Source: an uncultured Planctomycetota bacterium
Lineage (GTDB): Bacteria; Planctomycetota; Planctomycetia; Gemmatales; Gemmataceae
Direction of reading: 5' to 3'
Length of the DNA: 64,000 nt
NCBI GenBank assembly: GCA_963849325.1
Contig: CAWKHF010000010.1
Location: 64,001 to 128,000, forward strand
Below the pieces are notes generated by a model. That model was not told the DNA's origin, did not search any database, and was given only the letters and a program-made list of their open reading frames with translations. Within the stretch, counting starts at the first letter, position 1. Each line of letters begins with the position of its first letter. Shown here piece after piece: positions 53,764 through 64,000 of this stretch. Made by a program: the position numbers and the translations under genes.

Positions 53764-53985
53764 CCAGAGGCCTGCCCACCCGACTGCTCGTTCACCTATC
53801 TGATGACCTTCCTCGTCGGGATGACCCGCGTCTCGCCCCTCTTTCGCTGATAGAGCTTACACGGTGCAGGCCCCACCTTCTGCAAAGCCTCCCCCTCCAG
53901 GTCGGCGTTCCTGTTCTTGTTCGGGAAGCGGCCCTTGCCGCCCACAAAGGACGACGGCCAGGCGCGATAGCTACCCAGGCGCATG

Positions 53986-54011
53986 AAAAAACCCAGCCCT
54001 CGGGCTGGGTT
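53986..54011 (-). terminator. Intrinsic terminator downstream of the HEPN operon
   Basis: AACCCAGCCC-GA-GGGCTGGGTT followed by a U-tract on the minus strand. Confidence 0.65.
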
Positions 54012-54032
54012 CCCCCCATGCGACTGGAAGTG

Positions 54033-54431
54033 TCAGGTCACCGGCACGGGTATCGGTGAAGGGTAGATATACACCTCCTCCACCGGAAGGCCGCCGAACA
54101 CCTTGCCGTGGAAGCGGGTGGCAACCCGTCCAGGGTAGCGCCGGTGGATGTCCAATGCCGCCTTCGCCAGCGGGTCATCCGCCCCGATCAGTTTCACCTG
54201 GAAGGGGTCGAAGAGAGGGTCGCGCAACAACCCCGCCATCCGGAGAACCTCCCCATACGCCACGTCGAAGTTGTCGTCAGTTATTTTCTCCGACGCGACG
54301 TACAGGCTCCACTCCCCATCGTCACTTTCTTTGAGCCAGAACGCAGCCTGGACGGGCATGTACTTCTGGAATTCGCCGAGGAATCTGACCCCCACGTCGA
54401 TCTGATCGATTACCAGCGGACCCTGATCCAT
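54033..54431 (-). CDS. HEPN partner protein (possible degenerate minimal nucleotidyltransferase fold)
   Basis: 132 aa, AAFWL...WSLYVAS; overlaps the 3' end of the HEPN gene. Confidence 0.65.
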   Translation of the reverse strand: MDQGPLVIDQIDVGVRFLGEFQKYMPVQAAFWLKESDDGEWSLYVASEKITDDNFDVAYGEVLRMAGLLRDPLFDPFQVKLIGADDPLAKAALDIHRRYPGRVATRFHGKVFGGLPVEEVYIYPSPIPVPVT

Positions 54432-54832
54432 TGCATCACTCCATTCGCATTATCCGCGATCGCGTCGTAGAGTTTCTTGGCTTTCTGGTGCGATGTCGTA
54501 TTGTAACGGGCCTTCTCGCTCCAATCCTTCACGACCAACCAGTTCTTCCCCAAGGCTGCGTTCGCGACCGCGTCGGCCGCCCGCGCACCCTCCAAGTCAG
54601 CCATCTTCACCAGATCCAGGGTACTATGCGTCCAGCATTTCTCCGAGAACTTCTTGTCTCCGAAAATGACCTCCGGTGCGGCAGCAACGCGCACCAAGAC
54701 GCACGCTTTGAGGCCGCATTCGACGGCATACCCGGCGAGGTAGTAGGCTGCCGACCATCGGTGGTCATCGAGTAAGCGTTTCGCGTCCACCAGCCAACGC
54801 TCGGCCAGCTGCTGCCACTCAAGCCGGGTCAC
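54410..54832 (-). CDS. HEPN domain protein
   Basis: DAKRLL...AAYYLAGYAVECGLKA...THSTLDL...WSEKARY. Confidence 0.82.
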   Translation of the reverse strand: MTRLEWQQLAERWLVDAKRLLDDHRWSAAYYLAGYAVECGLKACVLVRVAAAPEVIFGDKKFSEKCWTHSTLDLVKMADLEGARAADAVANAALGKNWLVVKDWSEKARYNTTSHQKAKKLYDAIADNANGVMQWIRVRW

Positions 54833-55201
54833 CTTTACGCTCCCAGTGCCAAATCGTCGTGCTCAGCCCAGTTCATGATAGCAGAGCTGGACACCGCTGC
54901 CTACAAGAGCTGACCCCACGCCGCCGGCGCAGCTCGGGCTCCGAGCGACTCAGTCGCCACACTAGCCGGGTTCGCTGGACCAATTCGGGACCAATCTCAT
55001 GGAAACAGTGGAAAAAATGGCCTTATGAAACGCACTGGGAAATCGTGGAACGCCTTAACTCAAGCGTTGCAAGGAGTTTAGGTGATTTCTCAATGACATA
55101 ATCTGTTCGGGTCGATATAATGCATCCTCGTCACCACCTCTCGTGTTGAAATGCTCTACGTCATATCATTTCCTGATTCTCGCGAGTGGTGCGGGAAAAC
55201 G

Positions 55202-55789
55202 TCAAAGGAGCACCCCTTTAACTTTCTTCCGCCTGCACCAATCTTGCCTCGTGGCGAAGTCTTGAGCCGTAATCTCCCGGTCGATGATCCACACGTCCTC
55301 ACTTCCTGGAAATCGTTGGATCAAGCGCTGTCGGGCGGCCTCCGCCTCCTCCCCCGTGGCAAAGCGCAACTGGGGTCTGTCCCAGTGGAAAAGCAGCGAT
55401 CCTCCCTCATCCAGCATCACTTGCTTCACCTGATCGGGGGTCACGGGGTCGTCTTTGCGCAAGGCGGCGATTATTTGGTAGGGCAACAGCCCTGCGGCAT
55501 GGGCCTCCGGGACCGTGAGCCCGCTGGCGAGCACGATACGATCGCGCGATTCCGGCCCCTCGGCCATCTCGTAGGCACGCAGAATCGTGGCGGAGCGCTC
55601 CTGTAAAGGAGCATCTTGCCACTTATCCCAGATTACGGTGACGCGGGCCTTACCCGTCCGAAACGCATGTTCATAAATCACTGGCTGCCCGAATTCATGA
55701 TTGCCTTTCAACTCAGCGGCTAGTTCCTCGGCGAGTTCCTTCTTTACGCTCCCCGTGCGTAATTCAGGACCGATTCGTTGGCGGGGCAT
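55202..55789 (-). CDS. Hypothetical protein with a BolA/KH-II-like N-terminal half
   Basis: VTVIWDKWQDAPLQERSATILRAY...LASGLTVPEA resembles the BolA pattern; lower GC. Confidence 0.55.
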   Translation of the reverse strand: MPRQRIGPELRTGSVKKELAEELAAELKGNHEFGQPVIYEHAFRTGKARVTVIWDKWQDAPLQERSATILRAYEMAEGPESRDRIVLASGLTVPEAHAAGLLPYQIIAALRKDDPVTPDQVKQVMLDEGGSLLFHWDRPQLRFATGEEAEAARQRLIQRFPGSEDVWIIDREITAQDFATRQDWCRRKKVKGVLL

Positions 55790-55862
55790 GACTTGACCCT
55801 CACAAGGTGTCTGAGTTGGCCAGCAGCCATTGAAGTGTAATTGGCCATCCCATCGTTTCCAA

Positions 55863-55997
55863 GCGGTTGCGGTCGTTGCCAGCTTGGCTCGAAGTCGAGT
55901 GAGAAAATCCACTGAATGCGTTCGGCGCAGGCTGTCGGTCTCCTCGTGCAGCACTTCGAGCACTGACAAATGCGCTCCAGCGCGCGGGTTGCCGTCC
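55863..55997 (-). pseudogene. Divergent partial copy of the 3' end of the 57687..57962 gene
   Basis: Aligns with ~57691-57825: LERI..LEVLH.E...AERIQ.IFSLD..P.W.RPQP. Confidence 0.8.
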
Positions 55998-56042
55998 TGG
56001 ACGGCGACGCTTGGACTGCGGCCCTTACCTCGCTGGTCCTTA

Positions 56043-57659
56043 TTATTTCTTGACCGGAGGATACGGAAGGACGTTCGTCCGTTTCGCCCATGCCTCCCAA
56101 GCCGCAGCCAGCTTCTTCACCTGGTCGGGGTGGCGAGCGGCCAGGTTCGTTAACTCCACCCGGTCGGCCTCCATGTCGTACAACTCCCAGGGTCCGTCGT
56201 GGGTCGCCACCGCCTTCCATCGACCGGCACGGAGTGCCTTGTTCCCCTCGTGCTCCCAGGCCAGAAAGTCGCGCTCGACCGGACGATCCGAGAACGCCGG
56301 CATCAGGCTTTTCCCCTCGGCCGGCGTGATGGCGGTTTCGCCGACTCGTTCGGGATACTTCGCGCCGGCCACGTCCACCAGGGTGGCCATGACGTCGATC
56401 ACGTGCCCGACCTGATTGCGGAGTTCGCCCCCTCCCTTGATCCTCTTCGGCCAGTGGGCGATCAGCGGAGTGCTGATGCCGCCTTCGTGGACCCAGTGCT
56501 TGTACAGCCGGAACGGCGTGTTGCAGGCGTTCGCCCAGCCGGAGCCGTAGCTGTGATAGGTGTCCGGCCCGCCCATCCGGTCGAGGTCGGCCCCCCTGTG
56601 CAGGACGTTCTTCGGCCCGGAACCGCCGTCGAAGCCGAAGGGGTCCCACTCGGCGCACGCTCCGTTATCCGACAGGAACAGGATCAGGGTGTTGTCGAGT
56701 TGGCCATTCGCGCGGAGGTCGGCGACGACGCGGCCGACGTTTCGATCCATGCGATCCACCATCGCCGCGTAGACGGCCATGCGGCGCGCGAGGTCGGCCC
56801 GGCGGTCGGCGTCGAGGGCGTCCCAGGCCGGATTGGCGCCGCTTCGGAAGAAGTCGCGCCGCGTTTCGTAGCCGGAGCGCGGCGTCAGCGGCCAGCGGGG
56901 ATCGATCAGCCCGGCCTTCTGTTGGCGGGCGTAACGCTCCGCCCGGACCTTGTCCCATCCCCGGGCGTACACGTCCTTGTAGCGCGCGATGTCCTCTTTC
57001 GGGGCGTGTAGAGGAAAATGGGCGGCGTTGAACGCCAGGTACAGGAAGAACGGCTTGTCGCCGGGCTTTCGCGCCTCGGCCAGGAAGTCGAGGGCGTAGT
57101 CGCCGAAGGCGTCGGTCGAGTAGAACTTGCCGGCCGGATACTTCCGCTGCGGCCGGCCGGCGGGCAGCCGCGTGTAGAAGGGCTTTTCCCGGAAGCAGGA
57201 GTTGAAGCCGCCGATCATGCCGTAGAACTCGTCGAAGCCGCGGTCGATCGGTCCCGGCTTGCCGGTCAGGTGCCATTTGCCGACCATGTACGTGCGGTAG
57301 CCGGCAGCCTTGAGCACCTCGGCCAGGGTGACGCAGTTGGGCTGGAGCCGGCCGCGATAGCCCGGCCGTCCCTGGTCGCCGGTCATGTTGCCGACGCCGG
57401 CCTGGTGCGGGTAGAGGCCGGTCAGCAAGGAGGCGCGCGTCGGGCAGCAGCGGGCGCAGTTGTAGAACTGGGTGAAGCGCAGACCGCCCTTCGCCAGGCC
57501 GTCCAGGTTCGGCGTCCGAATCTCGCCGCCGTAACAGCCGAGGTCCGACCATCCCACGTCATCGGCCAGGAGAAGCAGAATGTTCGGCCGAGCGTCGGCC
57601 GCCAGTAAGGCCAGCGGAGTGAGCAACGCCACAACGATAGCCACGACCACGATCCGCAT
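56043..57659 (-). CDS. Arylsulfatase (formylglycine-dependent)
   Basis: Signal peptide, RPNILLLLADD, CCPTRASLLTG, GKWHL, SDNG. Confidence 0.92.
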   Translation of the reverse strand: MRIVVVAIVVALLTPLALLAADARPNILLLLADDVGWSDLGCYGGEIRTPNLDGLAKGGLRFTQFYNCARCCPTRASLLTGLYPHQAGVGNMTGDQGRPGYRGRLQPNCVTLAEVLKAAGYRTYMVGKWHLTGKPGPIDRGFDEFYGMIGGFNSCFREKPFYTRLPAGRPQRKYPAGKFYSTDAFGDYALDFLAEARKPGDKPFFLYLAFNAAHFPLHAPKEDIARYKDVYARGWDKVRAERYARQQKAGLIDPRWPLTPRSGYETRRDFFRSGANPAWDALDADRRADLARRMAVYAAMVDRMDRNVGRVVADLRANGQLDNTLILFLSDNGACAEWDPFGFDGGSGPKNVLHRGADLDRMGGPDTYHSYGSGWANACNTPFRLYKHWVHEGGISTPLIAHWPKRIKGGGELRNQVGHVIDVMATLVDVAGAKYPERVGETAITPAEGKSLMPAFSDRPVERDFLAWEHEGNKALRAGRWKAVATHDGPWELYDMEADRVELTNLAARHPDQVKKLAAAWEAWAKRTNVLPYPPVKK

Positions 57660-57686
57660 GGAAACCTCCGAGAAAGGAAGTGGCGT

Positions 57687-57962
57687 TCATCGCGGCTGAG
57701 GACGTTCCCAGTTCGGATCGTAGTCGAGCGAGAAAATCTGCTGGATGCGTTCGGCGCGGCCCTCGCTCTCATCGTGCAGCACTTCGAGCGCCTGCCGGAT
57801 GCGCTCGAGGCGCGCGTCGCCGTCCACTTCGGCGCTGCCGGTGCCGCGGCTGATGCGGTCGAGGATGGCGGCGAGATCGAGTAGCTTGCTGCGCGCTTCG
57901 AGGAAATACGCATCCAGCGCGGCGCGGGACGGCAGAGGGGCAACGGAGCGGTTATCGGTCAT
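57687..57962 (-). CDS. Conserved hypothetical protein
   Basis: MTDNRS...LDAYFLEARSKLLDLAAILDRI; start overlaps the larE stop. Confidence 0.75.
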   Translation of the reverse strand: MTDNRSVAPLPSRAALDAYFLEARSKLLDLAAILDRISRGTGSAEVDGDARLERIRQALEVLHDESEGRAERIQQIFSLDYDPNWERPQPR

Positions 57963-58864
57963 GGCGTTGGCCTGGCAAAGAGGCGCTGATAGTCGAGGCC
58001 CACCAGCTGATTGAGGTTGCCCGAGCGAAATCCTTCCAGGTCGAGCGTCACGAAACGAAAGCCGAGTTCCTTGAGCCGCCGCACCAGTTCCTGACGCACG
58101 ACGGGTTCGAGAAGGCGGGGCAGCTCCGCGAGCGGCACTTCGACGCGGGCCAGCTCGCCCTCGTGCAGACGGACGCGGCACTCCCGATACCCGAGGCTGT
58201 GGAGATATTCTTCCGCCGCCTCGATGCGGGCCGTGCGCTCGCGCGTCACCTCGACGCCGGGAGCGAGACGGCTCGACAGGCACGGCGACGCCGGCTTGTC
58301 CCACGTCGGCAGACCCCAGGCCAGGGCCAGGCCACGCACATCGGCCTTGGTGAAGCCAGCTTCCTGCAAGGGGTGGCGGACGCGATGCTCGGACGCCGCC
58401 TTCAGTCCGGGGCGGTAGTCGCCCTCGTCGTCGAGGTTGGCGCCGCTGCAAATGACGGCTGCTCCCAGCTCGGGCAGAAGCCCCTCGATGCGCGAATACA
58501 GCTCGCTCTTGCAGAAGTAGCAGCGGCTGCCGTCATTGCGGACGTAATTGGCATCGGCGAACTCGTCGGTCGCTACCACCTGATGACGAATGCCGATGCG
58601 CTCGGCTAACCGGCGGGCGTCGTCGATCTCGACCCGCGGCACGCTGGGACTGTCGGCCGTGACGGCGACGGCGCGGTCGCCCAGCGCCAGCCGCGCCGCC
58701 TGCGCCACGACGGTACTGTCGATGCCGCCGCTGAAGGCCACCACAGTCGGACCCATGCCACGCAGCACCTCCAGCAGCCGGTCGCGCTTGGCGGTCAACT
58801 CGGACGGCAGGCTCGCGGCGGTGGCGGGTATCATGTCTGTCCTCGGTTCGACGGATCGCTCCAT
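57959..58864 (-). CDS. larE: ATP-dependent sacrificial sulfur transferase LarE
   Basis: AFSGGIDS, RCYFCK, DYRPG, PASPCLSSR, GFRSGNLN. Confidence 0.9.
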   Translation of the reverse strand: MERSVEPRTDMIPATAASLPSELTAKRDRLLEVLRGMGPTVVAFSGGIDSTVVAQAARLALGDRAVAVTADSPSVPRVEIDDARRLAERIGIRHQVVATDEFADANYVRNDGSRCYFCKSELYSRIEGLLPELGAAVICSGANLDDEGDYRPGLKAASEHRVRHPLQEAGFTKADVRGLALAWGLPTWDKPASPCLSSRLAPGVEVTRERTARIEAAEEYLHSLGYRECRVRLHEGELARVEVPLAELPRLLEPVVRQELVRRLKELGFRFVTLDLEGFRSGNLNQLVGLDYQRLFARPTP

Positions 58865-59017
58865 GTTTCCATGATAAGCCATGACGCCGAGACGCTCAAG
58901 CGCCCTCGCGTTGCGGAAGCGCCCCGGTCTCTTTAAGATGTTGAACAAAGAGGCGAGAGACCGATGGCGCATTGCGGACGCCTGCAATCGCCATTCGTTC
59001 AGCGAGGTAGGAAAGCC

Positions 59018-60752
<1,735 letters not shown>

Positions 60753-60767
60753 TTTCGGAGGTAGGCG

Positions 60768-60994
60768 ATGACGGCCGAACGGCTACGGGCCATGCGCGAG
60801 GCGAATCCGTTCCGCCCCTTTACGATTCATCTGGCCGATGGGCGGACCTTGGCCGTCCCCCATCGGGACTTCGTATCCCAATCCCCGGTGGGCGGACCAT
60901 TATCGTCTATCGCTCCGAGGAAGCGTTCAGCGTGGTGGACCTGTATTTGGTGACGGAGTTAGAGGTCCAGGCACCGACCGACTCCGGCGGTTGA
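60768..60994 (+). CDS. Small planctomycete-type hypothetical protein (frameshift near 60890)
   Basis: GGAGG RBS; PFRPFTIHLADGRTLAVPHRD. Confidence 0.65.
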
Positions 60995-61045
60995 CCGGGA
61001 GCGGCCATCGTGTAGCTCTCTTGCTCGGTGAAGGGAGGGAACGGC

Positions 61046-62138
61046 ATGGCACGGAACGGGACCGACGTGCGCGAGGCGGCTTCGGTCGCCCTGGCGTTCC
61101 TCCTCTGTCTGAGCGCCTGCGGTGGCGCCTCGGCTGGGGGCGGGCCGCGGCAATACCTTCGCAAGCCGGACGACTGGTTTGCCAGTGACGAGGCCCGGCG
61201 CGTCGCCGCTTCCATCCTGTCGTACCAGTCCGACCTCGGCGGCTGGCCCAAGAACACCGACACCACCGCCGCCCCGTTCCGCGGCGACCGCCAACAGCTG
61301 AAGCCCACCTTCGACAACGGCGCCACGACCGACGAACTACGTTTCCTGGCCCGCGCCTACCAGGCCGCCAAGGACGAGCACTACCGCAAAGCCGTCGAGA
61401 AGGGGATCGATTACGTCCTGCAGGCGCAGTATCCCACGGGCGGCTGGCCGCAGTTTCATCCGCCGCCGCCGCGGACTTACCACCGCCACATCACCTTCAA
61501 CGACGACGCCATGGTCCGGCTGATGGAACTGCTGCGCGAGATCCGCGACGCGGACGTCTTCGCCTTCGTGGGTGACGAGCGCCGGCGGGCCGCGCGGCGG
61601 GCCTTCGCGCGCGGCATCGACTGCATCCTCAAGTGCCAGATGCGCGTGGACGGCAAGCTCACGGCCTGGTGCGCTCAGCACGACGAGAAGGATTATCGGC
61701 CCCGGCCGGGCCGCAGCTTCGAGCTGGTTAGCCTCAGCGGGGCCGAGTCGGTGGGCATCGTGGGCCTGTTGATGAGCCTCGACGAGCCGAGTGCCGAGGT
61801 CGTGCGGCGCGGTGGAGGGAGCGGCGGCCTGGTTCGAGTCCGTCAAATTGCCTGGCATTCGGGTGGTCGTGCGGAAGGACGAGAAATCCCCGACGGGCAA
61901 GAACAAGGTGGTTGTCAAGGACTCGTCGGCCGCGCCGATGTGGGCGCGGTTCTATGAGATCGGCACGAATCGGCCGCTCTTTGCCGACCGCGACGGCGTG
62001 GCCCGTCACGACCTGGCGGCCATCGGCTACGAACGGCGCAACGGCTATGCCTGGCTGGGCTACTGGCCGCGGAAGCTGCTGGAGCACGATTGTCCGGCCT
62101 GGAAGAAGCGGCTCCCAGAAGGGCAACCACGTCGATGA
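61046..62138 (+). CDS. pelA: Pectate lyase, PL10/PelA type (frameshift near 61805)
   Basis: GGWPKN, TFDNGAT, GGWPQF, ITFNDDAM, WCAQHD, WARFY, ERRNGYAW. Confidence 0.88.
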
Positions 62139-63171
62139 GCGGCACAAGGGGGAAGCACGGAGCGGCGACGGCACGGGACCGGCCTATCAGTACCGGCCGG
62201 TCGAGGTCGCCCTGCCTCCGCACGGCGTTTTCGTCCTGGAGAGCCATCATGCTCCGGGCTTCCGCATGGCCGACCAGTGTCACGACTTCCTGGAGATCTT
62301 CTACGTGCTGGAAGGGACCGGGGTGTTCCACCTCGGCGGCCGGGGCCTCGTCTGCCGCCGCGGCGACATCGTCGTCGTGCCGGTGGGGCACCTCCACCGC
62401 ATCGATGACCACCGCTCCGCACCACTGGCCCTGTACGGCGTCTGTGTCGGCCCGTCGGCCTGGCGTCACGAACCGGCCTTGCTCGACCACCTACCCGCCG
62501 GACGGCTGCCGGTCAGCAAGTTACTGGCGGAGCAGGTGCGGGCCGACCTGCGGCGGCTGCGCTTCGAGCAGACGTTGGCCCGGCCGGGCAGCCGTACCCT
62601 GGTTCTGGGGCTGGCGCTGCAATTACTCGCCCTGCTGGCGCGGAGCAACTCGGCCCCGGACCCTCTCCCCTCGGCCGGCAGCTCATCTTCCGGCCATCGT
62701 CAAGCCGTGGCCCGCTACCTGGAGGAACTGCCTCACCGCTTCTTCGAGGCGACCGACCTCGATCACACCGCCGCCGAACTGGGGATGAGCCGACGGCGTT
62801 TCACCTGCCTGTTCCGCCAGGCCACCGGCACGTCCTGGTCCGCCTACCTGAGCCGACTGCGGATCGACTATGCCTGCCAGCTGCTCCGCGAGACCTCGCG
62901 CGGCGTGCTGGCCATCGCCTTCGAGAGCGGCTACGAAGATCTGTCGAGCTTCTATCGCGCCTTCAAGCGCCACAAGGGCTTGCCGCCGCAGACCTGGCGC
63001 GAGCACAGACCAACCGCTGAACGCCTCCTCATCTCGATTGCCCGATTTGCCAATCGACTTTGCCCGACCTGCCAAGACAGGCTACCGTCGTCGCTGTACG
63101 CTCAGCGGAAATACAGCAAAGGAACGGCGCGACCGAAAAACCGCGACGGCTTCCAGGCCGATGCCTGTTAA
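62135..63171 (+). CDS. AraC family regulator with cupin domain (boundaries uncertain)
   Basis: HDFLEIFYVLEG cupin; LRIDYACQLL...IAFESGYEDLSSFYRAFK. Confidence 0.85.
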
Positions 63172-63216
63172 GAGGAAGATACTCGCATCCTCGGAACGTG
63201 GCTGAAATACCCGGTG

Positions 63217-63268
63217 AGCGGGGTTGCGTAAGCGCCCGAGCGCGCTCGAAGGCTTACGCAACCCCGCT
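63217..63268. repeat. REP-like palindrome
   Basis: AGCGGGGTTGCGTAAGC ... GCTTACGCAACCCCGCT. Confidence 0.7.
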
Positions 63269-63316
63269 TCCTCAACCCGTTGTCCTTGTCTGTCCATTTC
63301 TCCGGAGGTCGCTCTC

Positions 63317-64000
63317 ATGACTCGTCTCTGTCGAGTTCCGCGAGGCCGCCGTCCTGGCTTCACCCTGATTGAATTGCTGGTGGTCATCGCCATCATCGCC
63401 ATTCTGATCGGTTTGCTGCTGCCGGCCGTGCAGAAAGTGCGCGAGGCCGCCGCACGCAGCCAATGCGCCAACAACCTCAAGCAGTTCGGCCTGGCGGCAC
63501 AGAACGGCAACGATACCTACGGAAAGCTGCCCCCCGCTTTCGGTTGGTTCCCCTCCACCGCCAACACGCCGCAGAACAACACCAGCTACGGCTCCGTCTT
63601 CGTCCATCTGCTGCCGTTTGTGGAGCAGCAGAACCTGTATAACGCCTCGCTCACCAACTATACCGGCGTGAAAGCGTACATGCCCTGCCTGGTGACGGCG
63701 GTGAATACCACGCCGGTCAAGGCGTTCCAGTGTCCCTCGGACCCCAGTCAATCTGGAGGGCTCCCCACGGGCATGGCCCAGGCGGCGGTTTGCTACGCCG
63801 CCAACTTCTTTGCCTTCGGGGCCGCCGCGAATACCTATCCGGTAGCGAGTTGGAACTGGTTCGGCACCAACAGCATCCCGGCCAGCTTCCCCGACGGTAC
63901 GAGCAACACCGTCCTGTTTACCGAGAAATACGCGCACTGCGAGTATCCTCCCGGTAGCGGGACCGGCGGCGGCAGTATGTGGGCGCATACGGGCTACAAC
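63317..64000 (+). CDS. DUF1559 protein with prepilin-type N-terminus (runs off the window)
   Basis: [49 protein letters not shown]. Confidence 0.92.
   Translation, partial: MTRLCRVPRGRRPGFTLIELLVVIAIIAILIGLLLPAVQKVREAAARSQCANNLKQFGLAAQNGNDTYGKLPPAFGWFPSTANTPQNNTSYGSVFVHLLPFVEQQNLYNASLTNYTGVKAYMPCLVTAVNTTPVKAFQCPSDPSQSGGLPTGMAQAAVCYAANFFAFGAAANTYPVASWNWFGTNSIPASFPDGTSNTVLFTEKYAHCEYPPGSGTGGGSMWAHTGYN

Larger units (their letters stand above)
53263..55116. mobile_element. Integrative islet without its own integrase, inserted at the 5' end of the TatD gene
   Basis: GGGTCGAT direct repeat (53263-53270, 55109-55116); paired GGACCAAT repeats at 53325-53344 and ~54977-54995; TAACTC...(G)AGTTA-like motifs; alternative TatD start MHYIDP left outside at 55125. 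Confidence 0.65.

Noticed and set aside
57959-58864. Complete nickel-pincer cofactor (lar) operon
   Set aside because: Only larE is present; no larA, larB or larC was seen in the window.

Overview
High-GC chromosomal window, most likely from a planctomycete (Gemmataceae-like). The inference rests on DUF1549/DUF1553, DUF1501, DUF1559, PPC-domain and LEPR-XLL-type proteins. Many conserved genes are split by single-base indels, which most likely reflects long-read consensus error. The backbone has nagA, ada, degP, xerD, tRNA-Thr(CGT), ArnT, ABC transporters, a GDP-heptose/glycosylation cluster, tsaD, a TatD-family gene, larE, glnS, an arylsulfatase and a pectate lyase/AraC/DUF1559 locus. The most interesting parts are accessory. 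(1) A ~3.4-kb transposon (7028-10471) with 17-bp terminal inverted repeats encodes a SWIM-finger + YREK-DDE transposase, a divergent Zn-ribbon microprotein behind a perfect palindrome, and a Schlafen/AlbA_2-HATPase-wHTH passenger. (2) A ~1.85-kb islet without an integrase (53263-55116) appears integrated into the first codons of the TatD gene, supplies a new RBS and N-terminus, and carries a HEPN/partner pair. (3) A minimal kinase-like ORF overlaps a partner ORF (1262-2111). (4) A 144-bp IS66-type MITE is nested in one of many tandem-repeat hairpin elements. No CRISPR array or rRNA gene was seen.
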